Assembly (NCBI GenBank): GCA_011391125.1 | Contig: JAABRE010000015.1 | Span: forward strand, 3,700-67,699 | DNA length: 64,000 nucleotides | Direction: 5' to 3' | Origin: Synechococcales cyanobacterium S06 | Lineage (GTDB): Bacteria > Cyanobacteriota > Cyanobacteriia > Cyanobacteriales > JAABRE01 | In this document: positions 1-9,589 of the stretch, piece by piece | Layout: every line of letters starts with the position of its first letter | Numbering within the stretch: position 1 is the first letter of the stretch | Notes under the pieces: generated by a model | Seen by the model: only the letters and a program-made list of their open reading frames with translations | Database searches by the model: none | Told to the model about the DNA's origin: nothing | Program-made: the position numbers and the translations under genes

Positions 1-1
1 C

Positions 2-2488
2 TTGATACAAGTTTTACCCACCTTGATCGAACACCATTGCTCCCCCGGCCATCGAGGAGGCTTTTTAGAACGGGTACAAAAAGGCACCATGATGGGCCAT
101 ATCATCGAACACATCGCCCTAGAATTGCAAGAATTAGCGGGAATGCCCGTGGGTTTTGGCCGCACCCGAGAAACTGCCACCCCCGGAATTTATAACGTCG
201 TCTTTGAATACGTCGAAGAACAAGCTGGACGTTATGCTGGTCGAGCAGCGGTACGATTATGTACCTCCTTAGTGGAAACCGGAACTTATCCCGCCGAGGA
301 GCTAGAACATGACATCAATGACATCAAGGAATTGTATGCAACCGCGGCCCTGGGACCGAGTACCGATACCATTCTTAAAGAAGTCGAAGCTCGTCGCATT
401 CCTTGGCTGCCCCTCAACGCCAGAGTCATGATTCAACTTGGCTACGGCATCCATCAAAAAAGGATTCAAGCAACCCTCAGCAGTCATTCAGGAATTTTAG
501 GAGTAGAATTAGCCTGCGATAAAGAAGGCACAAAAAACATCCTCAAAGATGCAGGAATACCCGTTCCCCGAGGCACAGTAATCCAATATTTAGACGACTT
601 AGAAGAAGCAATCAGGGAAGTTGGCGGCTACCCCATCGTAATCAAACCTTTGGATGGCAACCACGGCCGAGGAATTACCATTGACATTAATAGCTGGGTA
701 GAAGCTGAAGAAGCATACGATTTAGCCAGTGCCGCCTCCAAAACCCGTTTCGTGATCATCGAACGTTATTATAAAGGCAGTGATCACCGAGTTTTAGTCA
801 TCAATGGTAAACTTGTAGCCGTAGCGCAACGAATTCCCGCCCATGTGGAAGGAGACGGCCGCTCTACCATCGAACAATTAATCGAGATTACCAATAAAGA
901 CCCCAACCGTGGTGACGGCCATGATAATATTCTCACAAAAATCACCGTGGACCGCACTTCCAGCTCCGTTTTGTCACGCCAAGGGTATAAGTTGGACAGC
1001 ATCTTAGACAAAGGCCAAATCGCCTATTTACGCGCCACAGCTAACCTTAGCACCGGCGGCATTGCTGTCGATCGCACTGACGACATTCACCCGGAAAACA
1101 TTTGGCTCTGTCAAAGGGTAGCGAAAATCATCGGTTTAGACATTTGCGGCATTGACGTAGTTTCTCCTGATATTACCAAACCGCTGCGGGAAGTTGACGG
1201 TGTAATTGTGGAAGTAAACGCTGCCCCCGGGTTCAGAATGCACGCAGCGCCAAGTAAGGGACTGCCCCGCAATATTGCCGCTCCCGTCTTAGATATGTTG
1301 TTCCCACCAGGTACACCCACGCGAATCCCCATTATCGCCATTACCGGAACTAATGGGAAAACCACCACCACCCGTTTAACCGCCCATATTTGTCGCCAAA
1401 CCGGCAAAACCGTAGGTTACACCACCACCGATGGTATTTACATTCAGGAATATCTCGTGGAAAAAGGCGATAATACCGGTCCTGTCAGCGCCGCAGTTAT
1501 TCTCAAGGACCCCACCGTGGAAATGGCGGTTTTAGAATGTGCTAGGGGCGGAATCCTGCGCTCTGGACTCGCTTTTGATACCTGTGATATTGGCATTGTC
1601 CTTAATGTGGCCGCCGATCACCTGGACCTTGGCGATATTAATACCGTTGAACAAATGGCTCAGGTTAAGAGTGTTGTCGCTGAAACTGTCAATGGCGATG
1701 GTTACGCTATTTTAAACGCCGATGATCCCTTAGTCGCTGCCATGGCAGCTAAGGTTAAGGGAAAAGTAGCCTATTTTGCCATGAATCCGGATAATCCTCT
1801 GATTATTGAGCATATTCGTCGTGGAGGCTTGGCCGCAGTCTATGAAGGGGGCTATCTCTCCATTTTGGAAGGTGAATGGACCCTCAGATTAGAGGAAGCT
1901 GTCCATATTCCCGTCACCATGGGAGGTCTGGCCCCCTTTATGATTGCCAATGCTTTAGCCTCTAGTTTGGCCTGTTTCGCCCAAGGTATTGATATTGAGC
2001 TTATTCGTCAGGGTTTGCGCACTTTTAAACCAGGTGCTGACCAAACTCCCGGCCGCATGAATCTCTTTGACCTCGGTGGTTATCATGCCCTTGTCGATTA
2101 CGCTCACAACCCCCACGGCTATGAAGCTGTTGGCGGTTTTGTGAAAAATTGGCAGGGTCAGAAAATTGGCGTAGTTGGAGGTCCTGGCGATCGCCGTGAT
2201 GAAGACCTCATCCTGTTGGGTAAGCTTTCTGCGCAATTCTTTGACTACATTCTTGTTAAGGAAGATCAAGATCGACGAGGCCGAGAATCGGGAGAAGTGG
2301 CGGATTTGATTGCCAAAGGCATTGTTTCCGAAAATCCCGAAGCTCAGTACCAGATTATTTTAGATGAAACTGTGGCCGTGAATTTGGCTCTGGAACAGGC
2401 TAGTCAGTCTCATGGTAGTCTGATGGTGGTTTTCCCTGAAAGTGTCGATCAAACCATCGCTCTTATTCAACAACGTCAAGGTAGTTGA
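2..2488 (+). CDS. cphA: cyanophycin synthetase, 5'-truncated by the window edge
   Basis: The 828-aa ORF is open to the window start. An ATP-grasp region is followed by a Mur-ligase-like P-loop ITGTNGKTTT. The N-terminus lies upstream of the window. The stop TGA (2486-2488) sits in the first unit of a heptamer array. Confidence 0.9.
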   Translation: MIQVLPTLIEHHCSPGHRGGFLERVQKGTMMGHIIEHIALELQELAGMPVGFGRTRETATPGIYNVVFEYVEEQAGRYAGRAAVRLCTSLVETGTYPAEELEHDINDIKELYATAALGPSTDTILKEVEARRIPWLPLNARVMIQLGYGIHQKRIQATLSSHSGILGVELACDKEGTKNILKDAGIPVPRGTVIQYLDDLEEAIREVGGYPIVIKPLDGNHGRGITIDINSWVEAEEAYDLASAASKTRFVIIERYYKGSDHRVLVINGKLVAVAQRIPAHVEGDGRSTIEQLIEITNKDPNRGDGHDNILTKITVDRTSSSVLSRQGYKLDSILDKGQIAYLRATANLSTGGIAVDRTDDIHPENIWLCQRVAKIIGLDICGIDVVSPDITKPLREVDGVIVEVNAAPGFRMHAAPSKGLPRNIAAPVLDMLFPPGTPTRIPIIAITGTNGKTTTTRLTAHICRQTGKTVGYTTTDGIYIQEYLVEKGDNTGPVSAAVILKDPTVEMAVLECARGGILRSGLAFDTCDIGIVLNVAADHLDLGDINTVEQMAQVKSVVAETVNGDGYAILNADDPLVAAMAAKVKGKVAYFAMNPDNPLIIEHIRRGGLAAVYEGGYLSILEGEWTLRLEEAVHIPVTMGGLAPFMIANALASSLACFAQGIDIELIRQGLRTFKPGADQTPGRMNLFDLGGYHALVDYAHNPHGYEAVGGFVKNWQGQKIGVVGGPGDRRDEDLILLGKLSAQFFDYILVKEDQDRRGRESGEVADLIAKGIVSENPEAQYQIILDETVAVNLALEQASQSHGSLMVVFPESVDQTIALIQQRQGS

Positions 2489-2549
2489 TAGTTGACAGTT
2501 GATAGTTGATAGTTGATAGTTGACAGTTGATAGTTGATAGTTGATAGTT
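2483..2549. repeat. heptamer tandem array (AGTTGAT/AGTTGAC)n
   Basis: Direct reading shows 7-nt periodicity. The cphA stop codon is embedded in the array. Confidence 0.9.
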
Positions 2550-2911
2550 TTTCTGTCAACTATCTCTCTTGGCAGCCTAATCTTTTGTTTCTTCCTCACG
2601 CAAAAAGGTTCGTTGTTGCGCTTTAGCGCTTTTTTATTATCCTATTTTCTCGTAATTTTCTGTATATTTCGCTACAAAATAAAATGTTTTAATCGGATTT
2701 TTCTTCTTATTCTTAATAAAAAATCAGTGATCGGGTGGGCTATTAATCAAAATCCATCTTTTAAGCTTTATTATTTCGGTAATTTTCCACCAGACAACAC
2801 TGGAGCAAAGCAGTCAACTAATTCCCACTGATTGATCTTTAAGTGTATTTTTTAAGTCCCTTTAATCGAGAAATTTTATTTGATTGAGATACCGTTAGGC
2901 GATCGCTTAAA

Positions 2912-3126
2912 TAGGGTTTGCTGAATAAATGGCTGGTGAGGGCGAGTTGATAGTTGATAGTTGATAGTTGATAGTTTGACCGCGTCTTTTGACGAGCAAA
3001 AATCTTGATTAATCCCCGTAAATGTAAGGTTTTTTACTATTATTTGTTGAAATCCTTGCACTTAATTCAAGTCCAACCAACCTAAAAGTATTGATCTACA
3101 TAGCTTTCAGCTTTTTTCCGTAAACC
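2912..3126. repeat. about 215-bp dispersed intergenic repeat, copy 1 (inverted relative to 50857..51214); unoccupied MITE target at about 3027-3034
   Basis: By hand alignment, its reverse complement matches 50857-50956 plus 51091-51214 almost base for base. It includes an internal (CTATCAA)4 block. Confidence 0.85.
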
Positions 3127-3309
3127 ATAAATATAGCCAAATTCCCGAATTAGATTTACTCGCTAAAACTCCCTCTAATTTACCGATAACATTGGCGAAT
3201 ATTTAATCAAATTTAATCAGATTTATTGCTTTTCATTCCCTTAAAGTCACCCTTGTTTGTATTGAGATATATTAGATATTATAAAATCAAAATTTAACTA
3301 TATAATGCG

Positions 3310-3669
3310 ATGAAAAAACTGATTATTCTTCCTTTTGTTCTTCTTTTTTCTTTAATTAATCCTGTCGTTCTTGCAGTCCCTTCAGTTTCACCCGAAAAAG
3401 AAGCTGATTTTATCTCGGGTCTTTTACAATTTTGGGGAGAATCTGTACCTGATAATTCCCTGTTAAACCAGATTAATGATCCTGATACCAGAGAATTGGT
3501 TAATTTTGGTTATGAAATCTGCGATATGTTAATTGAAGTTACTAATGGAGAAGATTTTTTGCCTTCAGAATTGATACAAACTATGTTGGATGATGAAGAT
3601 CAAGAACTTAAAGAATATGCAGAAATTAGTCGAATTGCTGTTACTAATCTCTGTCCGAATTTACCCTAA
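3310..3669 (+). CDS. hypothetical small secreted protein
   Basis: 119-aa ORF with an N-terminal hydrophobic signal-like segment (KKLIILPFVLLFSLINPVVLA). It sits alone in AT-rich intergenic DNA. No recognisable domain. Confidence 0.5.
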   Translation: MKKLIILPFVLLFSLINPVVLAVPSVSPEKEADFISGLLQFWGESVPDNSLLNQINDPDTRELVNFGYEICDMLIEVTNGEDFLPSELIQTMLDDEDQELKEYAEISRIAVTNLCPNLP

Positions 3670-3910
3670 AATTGAGGGACTTTTTTGCTTCCTAAATATT
3701 AACATTCATACCTGATTGAGTTCTCATTTAGATAACCTTAATCATTTATCTACGAAAACCCAATCAATTTTTAAACATTATTTTACGTCAAACCTTGACA
3801 AATAATATTTTTTGTGCTATACGAACATAGAAAAACTGTTTTCAAATTTTAAACTAACATTAAGATATAAAATAGTAGTTATTACTCATTAAACTAATCA
3901 CAAATAACCA

Positions 3911-4972
3911 ATGATTGACAGTAAAGCCGTTTTAGAAGTTTTAAAACCAGTTCAAGATCCCGAACTGCAAAAAAGTTTGGTGGAATTGAACATGATTAGA
4001 AATGTTGCTATTGAAGGTAGTAAAGTAAGTTTTACCTTGGTTTTAACCACCCCTGCTTGTCCATTACGAGAATTTATTGTCGAAGACTGCCAAAAAGCTG
4101 TCAAAACTTTACCCGGTGTGGAAACGGTGGAAGTGGAAGTAACCGCCGAAACTCCCCAACAAAAAGAATTACCCGATCGCCAAGGAGTCCCCGGTATTAA
4201 AAATATTATCGCCATTTCTAGCGGTAAAGGTGGTGTTGGCAAAAGCACCGTGGCCGTGAATGTCGCAGTTGCTTTAGCACAACTAGGGTCAAAAGTGGGG
4301 TTATTAGACGCAGATATCTATGGCCCTAATACCCCCACCATGCTAGGGTTAGCAAGTGCCAAGGTGATGGTAAAACAAGCCCCTCAAGGCGAAGTTTTAG
4401 ACCCTGTCTTTAACTATGGTGTGAAATTAGTTTCCATGGCCTTTTTGATCGATCCCGATCAACCCGTGGTTTGGCGCGGTCCCATGTTAAACGGTATTAT
4501 TCGCCAATTCCTCTACCAAGTGGATTGGGGAGAGTTAGATTATTTAATCGTGGATATGCCCCCCGGAACGGGTGATGCCCAATTAACCATGGCTCAAGCT
4601 GTACCCATGGCCGGAGCAGTAATTGTAACGACTCCTCAAACTGTGTCTTTACTTGACTCCCGTCGTGGTTTAAAAATGTTCCAACAAATGGGGGTCAATG
4701 TGTTAGGAATTGTGGAAAACATGAGTTATTTTATCCCCCCGGATATGCCCGAAAAAAGTTATGATTTATTTGGTTCTGGAGGTGGAGAAAAAGCCTCGAA
4801 AGAGTTAGGTATTCCTTTACTTGGTTGTATTCCTTTGGAAATTGCTCTTCGCGAAGGTGGAGATTCTGGTATTCCCATTGTGATCTCAGATCCTGATAGC
4901 GTTTCCGCTCAATCTTTAAAAGCGATCGCCTCCCAAATTGCCGCTAAAGTCTCAATCGCAGCCTTAAGATAG
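3911..4972 (+). CDS. apbC: Mrp/ApbC/NBP35-type iron-sulfur cluster carrier ATPase with an N-terminal DUF59-like domain
   Basis: Deviant Walker A SGKGGVGKST. The N-terminal domain is MIP18/DUF59-like. Length of 353 aa is typical for the family. The stop TAG lies inside a heptamer array. Confidence 0.85.
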   Translation: MIDSKAVLEVLKPVQDPELQKSLVELNMIRNVAIEGSKVSFTLVLTTPACPLREFIVEDCQKAVKTLPGVETVEVEVTAETPQQKELPDRQGVPGIKNIIAISSGKGGVGKSTVAVNVAVALAQLGSKVGLLDADIYGPNTPTMLGLASAKVMVKQAPQGEVLDPVFNYGVKLVSMAFLIDPDQPVVWRGPMLNGIIRQFLYQVDWGELDYLIVDMPPGTGDAQLTMAQAVPMAGAVIVTTPQTVSLLDSRRGLKMFQQMGVNVLGIVENMSYFIPPDMPEKSYDLFGSGGGEKASKELGIPLLGCIPLEIALREGGDSGIPIVISDPDSVSAQSLKAIASQIAAKVSIAALR

Positions 4973-5006
4973 TTGACAGTTGATAGTTGATAGTTGACAG
5001 TTGACA
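4971..5006. repeat. heptamer tandem array (AGTTGAC/AGTTGAT)n
   Basis: 7-nt periodicity, abutting the mrp/apbC stop codon. Confidence 0.85.
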
Positions 5007-5034
5007 ATTAAATGATAGTAAACTCTATTACAGT

Positions 5035-5161
5035 TATAGTAATTCCAAATAAAAATTAAACAAAAGTTTTTAGTTTGTTGTTGGCTTTAGTCCTAAAAAG
5101 CCCGAAAGCGCAACTACCATCCTATTTTTCAACTGTTCTAATCTTAATTGAAATTACTATA
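5035..5161. mobile_element. MITE, TATAGTAATTCCAA-terminus family, carrying an internal nested hairpin-tag repeat
   Basis: Terminal inverted repeats are TATAGTAATTCCAA (5035-5048) and TTGAAATTACTATA (5148-5161, one mismatch). A shorter 81-bp copy lies at 59663..59743. The extra internal segment of about 46 bp carries the GCGCAACTAC tag. Confidence 0.75.
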
Positions 5162-5236
5162 ACTGTTAACTGTTAACTGTTAACTGATAACTGTTAACTG
5201 ATAACTGATAACTGTTAACTGATAACTAATAACTGA
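5161..5236. repeat. heptamer tandem array (AACTGTT/AACTGAT)n
   Basis: 7-nt periodicity. The array ends 4 nt before the ATG at 5241. Confidence 0.85.
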
Positions 5237-5240
5237 ATAT

Positions 5241-6503
5241 ATGTTAAGAAGTTTGGCTCCTAATCCGTGGAAATCCTTAAAAAAAATCGTAAAAGCTTGG
5301 GAAAAATTTGATTGGTTCTTATTTTTATTAATCGTCGGCTTGACTAATTTTGCAGGGGTAATGATTCAAAGTATCCAACTAGGCCAAGAAGGTAGAAGTG
5401 AATGGTTATTACACTTTATTTTCGCCGGAGTAGGAACTTTTCTCGTTTTAATTATGGCCCGTTTTCGCTATGAATTTCTGCTCCAATGGCATTGGGTCAT
5501 TTATGCGATCGCCAATATCTTATTAATTGGCGTATTTTTCTTGGGGGTAACAGTTAACGGAGCGCAAAACTGGCTTAGTTTAGGTGGTTTAACCATACAA
5601 CCATCAGAATTTGCCAAATTAGCGCTAATTATTAGCTTATCCGCCATTTTACACGAACATCCGGCCTCTAATCTTGGTTCTGTGTTTCGAGCTTTCGGTG
5701 TCACCATTATTCCTTGGATATTAGTCTTATTACAACCAGACTTGGGGACATCCTTGGCATTTGGGGCAATTACCTTGGGAATGCTTTATTGGGCCAATGC
5801 TAACCCTGGTTGGCTTATTTTAATCGTGTCTCCCCTAGTTTCGATTATTTTATTTACCCTATTTTTCCCTGCTTGGGTAATTTGGACGGTTTTAATGGGT
5901 ATAATCGCTTGGTTAACCCTTCCTTTACGGTTTTTCACCACCATCCTCACTGTAGCAATGAATTTGGTTGCTGGTGAATTGGGTAGTCTCCTTTGGGGTG
6001 TCTTAAAACCCTATCAAAAAGACCGTTTAACCCTGTTTCTGAATCCCGAAAAAGACCCTTTAGGGGGAGGTTATCACTTAATTCAATCCCGCATTGCCAT
6101 CGGTTCAGGGGAAATTTGGGGTAAAGGTCTTCATCACGGCACACAAACTCAGTTAAATTTTGTTCCCGAACAACATACGGATTTTATTTTTTCGGCAGTT
6201 GGAGAAGAATATGGCTTTATTGGCGCAATTTTAGTCTTATTGGTCTTTTGGTTAATTTGTTTCCGTTTAATTTATATTGCTTCCACCGCCAAGGAAAATT
6301 TTGGTTCTCTAATTTGTGTTGGTATTCTCTCGATGGTTATCTTTCAGGTAATTGTTAATATTGGCATGACTATTGGTGTAGCACCGATTACGGGTATTCC
6401 CTTACCTTGGATGAGTTATGGTGGTTCTTCCCTTCTAACTAATTTTCTCGCTCTTGGTATCGTCGAATCCATTGCTAGTTATCGACAGAAGAAACGTTTG
6501 TAA
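5241..6503 (+). CDS. SEDS family (FtsW/RodA/SpoVE) peptidoglycan polymerase, probably RodA
   Basis: 420-aa polytopic membrane protein with conserved SEDS blocks QPSEFAKLALII and PLPWMSYGGSS. Confidence 0.8.
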   Translation: MLRSLAPNPWKSLKKIVKAWEKFDWFLFLLIVGLTNFAGVMIQSIQLGQEGRSEWLLHFIFAGVGTFLVLIMARFRYEFLLQWHWVIYAIANILLIGVFFLGVTVNGAQNWLSLGGLTIQPSEFAKLALIISLSAILHEHPASNLGSVFRAFGVTIIPWILVLLQPDLGTSLAFGAITLGMLYWANANPGWLILIVSPLVSIILFTLFFPAWVIWTVLMGIIAWLTLPLRFFTTILTVAMNLVAGELGSLLWGVLKPYQKDRLTLFLNPEKDPLGGGYHLIQSRIAIGSGEIWGKGLHHGTQTQLNFVPEQHTDFIFSAVGEEYGFIGAILVLLVFWLICFRLIYIASTAKENFGSLICVGILSMVIFQVIVNIGMTIGVAPITGIPLPWMSYGGSSLLTNFLALGIVESIASYRQKKRL

Positions 6504-6572
6504 ATAGTCAATTGTCAATTGTCCATGGTTTAGATTAGATTATACTTGGTTTAGTTAATTTATCGAATTTCT

Positions 6573-7751
6573 ATGAAACTATTACAAACTTTCAAATTAG
6601 CTGCACTTTTAAGTGCCACGGTTGTTGCTTTCAACCCGATTATTCCGGTTTCGGCACAGGTTGTTTATAGCGAAAAAGCTGTTGAACAAGACAAGTTTGT
6701 TCCGGTAGCTTTACCTTTAAGTGGTGGTACTCGTTATAATCTACTTCTGATCGAACAAATCCCAGGTAAACAAAAATGTTGGGGTGAAATTGGTTCTAGC
6801 CCAGTTAAAATTGACCTACTACTGAATAATTTTGACTATACAGGTATTTGCAAAACCTTTAAAGATTCTAATGGTTATTCCATCCGTATTGATGGCACTG
6901 ATTACGGTTTAGATTATCGCCTTGATATTGAAAAAACTGACCAGGAATTACAACTGGTTGGCACACCAATCGGTGGTAGTAATAAATCAAAAATGGTCAT
7001 CGGTAGAACAAATGGTTTAGCTGATGGTAGTTTAAAATTTGAACTCGAACCGGGCTGGAGTTTTGCCCAACGTACCTACGAAAATAGAGCCCTTGGCCAC
7101 ATTTATTTAACAGGTGATTCCGTTGCTTTTGGTACTCCAGGAGGACCTGCTCCTGCTTTCCGTGATATTGGCAGGGATCTTTACCGCAATGAAATTGAAC
7201 AAGCAGTCGCCAGTGGTTTTATTAGTGGTTTTGAAGATAAAACCTTTAAACCCCAAGACCCTCTGACTCGGGCTCAAATTGTGTCCATGATTTTTGATTC
7301 CCTTAACTCCATCAAAGGTATCACTTTACCCGATGTCACCACGAAACCTAACGCTGCTCCTTTCCCCGATGTTCCTACTAGCCATTGGGCTGCGGCTAAA
7401 ATTAAATGGGCTCAAGATAACGAGATTGTTACTGGTTATAAAGATGGCTCTTTTAAACCCAATGAATCGGTCAAACGGGGTGAATTAATGGCTATTCTCA
7501 AGAAAACCACTTTATTTGCGCAAAAAAGCCGAAATCAAACCCCCGACATTTTAGCTGTTAATCCACCAGCTAATTTTAGCGATCTTAGTGGTCATTGGTC
7601 AGCTCCCATCGTGACTGAAATGTCCGGTTTCTGTAAAGTTGCTTCTCCCTTAAATGAGTCGGGTACTGCTTTCTTCCCCAATAATCCCGCTCAACGTAAC
7701 TACGCAGCCGCAGCTACTTTGCGGATGCTCAAATGTGTTAATCCTTCTTAA
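6573..7751 (+). CDS. S-layer homology (SLH) domain protein with an N-terminal signal peptide
   Basis: Signal-like N-terminus. Three C-terminal SLH-like repeats (FRDIGRDLYRNEIE..., FPDVPTSHWAAAKIKWA..., FSDLSGHWSAPIV...). Confidence 0.75.
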   Translation: MKLLQTFKLAALLSATVVAFNPIIPVSAQVVYSEKAVEQDKFVPVALPLSGGTRYNLLLIEQIPGKQKCWGEIGSSPVKIDLLLNNFDYTGICKTFKDSNGYSIRIDGTDYGLDYRLDIEKTDQELQLVGTPIGGSNKSKMVIGRTNGLADGSLKFELEPGWSFAQRTYENRALGHIYLTGDSVAFGTPGGPAPAFRDIGRDLYRNEIEQAVASGFISGFEDKTFKPQDPLTRAQIVSMIFDSLNSIKGITLPDVTTKPNAAPFPDVPTSHWAAAKIKWAQDNEIVTGYKDGSFKPNESVKRGELMAILKKTTLFAQKSRNQTPDILAVNPPANFSDLSGHWSAPIVTEMSGFCKVASPLNESGTAFFPNNPAQRNYAAAATLRMLKCVNPS

Positions 7752-7780
7752 TCGTTAATTGGGGCGGGAAAACCGCGCCC

Positions 7781-8083
7781 CTACACCGTTTTCTTTTTTT
7801 GAAACAGAACTTGAATACCAAGCGCAAATAAACCGAGGGCAATTAAACTACAAACGCAGGTTGCTAAAGCCATCATGCCCACCACTAAAGTCCTGACCGC
7901 CACACCGATCTTTAAAGCTGTTATGTTAGTGGTAGAAAGGGGTGAGTTGGCAAAAGCGTTGGCGATCGCATTCATCAAGAAGTAAGCTCCGACGGCCAAA
8001 CTGGCCGAAATAGATGAACCTAACCAACAACGCCAAGGGGTAAGATTTACTGGAATTGGTTTTTGCTCAGGGGAATTTGTCAT
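7781..8083 (-). CDS. small integral membrane protein (DUF3082-like)
   Basis: 100-aa ORF with two long hydrophobic segments. The family assignment is from memory only. Confidence 0.45.
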   Translation of the reverse strand: MTNSPEQKPIPVNLTPWRCWLGSSISASLAVGAYFLMNAIANAFANSPLSTTNITALKIGVAVRTLVVGMMALATCVCSLIALGLFALGIQVLFQKKKTV

Positions 8084-8229
8084 AATTATTAATTAAATTA
8101 AGAGTTAATTTTAACCGAACTGATCAAAGGGGGGTTTTTACTCTGATCTTGTTTGTAACATTTCGTTACAATATTTTTAACAAGGGAAACAATTTAAACC
8201 CTTAGTAAATTATAAAGGAGTAGTTCCTA

Positions 8230-9342
8230 ATGAATAATAATATTCGGGTTGGTAGCTTATTTGGAATTCCATTTTATTTGAATCCTTCTTGGTTTTTAGT
8301 CTTAGGATTAGTGACTTTAAGTTATGGTTCAGAATTAGCTAATTTGTTTCCCCAATTAGGTCCCATTGTACCTTGGTTTTTAGGTTTTATTGTTGCTATT
8401 GCCTTATTTAGTTCGGTTTTGGCCCATGAATTGGGCCATAGTTTTGCCGCGATGCAACAAGGAATTGAAGTTAAATCTATTACCTTGTTTTTATTTGGTG
8501 GTTTAGCGACTTTAGACAGGGAATCAGAAACACCATTACAAGCATTTTTAATTGCGATCGCCGGACCATTAGTTAGTATTTTAATTTTCGGTATCTTAAC
8601 AATAATTGGTGCAAATCTTAGTTTAGCAGCACCTTTAATGTTCATGTTATCTTTATTGGCATTAATTAACTTATATTTGGGATTATTTAACTTAATTCCG
8701 GGCTTACCTTTAGATGGTGGTAACATTTTAAAAGCACTTGTTTGGCAAATTACAGGTAATACAAATAAAGGCGTAATTTTTGCCAGTCGCGTTGGTCAAG
8801 CATTTGGTTGGTTAGCCGTCATTATTGGTGGTTTAGGAGTCGCAGGAATAACTCAATTTGGTAGTTTTTGGACCTTATTAGTAGGCTGGTTTTTGTTACA
8901 AAATGCCGGAGCTTCAGCCCAATCAGCCCAATTACAAGAAACCCTGAGCAAATTAACAGCAAAAGATGCCATTTTATCAGATAATCCGATTATTACTGGT
9001 GATTTAACCCTGAGAGAATTTGTTAATAATTATGTGATAGGTAAAGATAAATGGCGTAAATTTTTAGTTGTAAATTCCGAATCACAACTATTAGGAAATA
9101 TCGCCATAGATGATCTGAAAATTATCCCAACTTCCGACTGGAATCACGTATTAGTAAGCGATTTAACCAAAGAGATTGATAGTTATAGAATTATCAAATC
9201 TAATTTATCCTTATTAGAAGTTGCACAAATTTTAGAGAAAAATAAAATAAAAGAATTAACAGTCATTGGCGAAAATGGAACAGTGTTAGGATTATTAGAA
9301 AACACTTCAATTATCAGTTTATTACAGGAAAAATACAGTTAA
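8230..9342 (+). CDS. site-2 protease family (M50) zinc metalloprotease with a C-terminal CBS pair
   Basis: HELGH zinc motif in a membrane context, a second conserved block NLIPGLPLDGG, and CBS-like C-terminal repeats. Confidence 0.85.
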   Translation: MNNNIRVGSLFGIPFYLNPSWFLVLGLVTLSYGSELANLFPQLGPIVPWFLGFIVAIALFSSVLAHELGHSFAAMQQGIEVKSITLFLFGGLATLDRESETPLQAFLIAIAGPLVSILIFGILTIIGANLSLAAPLMFMLSLLALINLYLGLFNLIPGLPLDGGNILKALVWQITGNTNKGVIFASRVGQAFGWLAVIIGGLGVAGITQFGSFWTLLVGWFLLQNAGASAQSAQLQETLSKLTAKDAILSDNPIITGDLTLREFVNNYVIGKDKWRKFLVVNSESQLLGNIAIDDLKIIPTSDWNHVLVSDLTKEIDSYRIIKSNLSLLEVAQILEKNKIKELTVIGENGTVLGLLENTSIISLLQEKYS

Positions 9343-9373
9343 AATAAAAGTTTTAGTTTCTTAATTGAAAGTA

Positions 9374-9583
9374 GGTAGGGTGGGTAAAACGGCGAAAAAT
9401 TAAAATAAAAAACTTTGATTTATTATCCGTTTTGCCCACCAAGAATAGGTGGGCAAAACGGCAAATTATGTGTTTAATAATCATTGATTTATTATCCGTT
9501 CTGCACGGCAAGAATAGGTGGGCAATGGTGAAAATAATTGAAAATTTATTCCCTTAATTAATCCCACCATTACCCACCCTACC
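9374..9583. repeat. composite inverted-repeat element with internal tandem hairpin units
   Basis: Perfect 14-bp termini GGTAGGGTGGGTAA (9374-9387) and TTACCCACCCTACC (9570-9583). Inside are two copies of about 60 bp. The first forms a perfect 14-bp stem: CCGTTTTGCCCACC (9427-9440), 7-nt loop, GGTGGGCAAAACGG (9448-9461). The element lies between convergent gene ends. Confidence 0.8.
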
Positions 9584-9589
9584 AATTGA

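Noticed and set aside
2360-2599. ORFs translating as QLSTINYQLSTVNYQLST... (also 2876-3061, 40203-40412, 51073-51354)
   Set aside because: They are the stop-free reading of the (CTATCAA)n complement of heptamer arrays. They overlap real gene ends or dispersed repeats and have no coding signal beyond the repeat.
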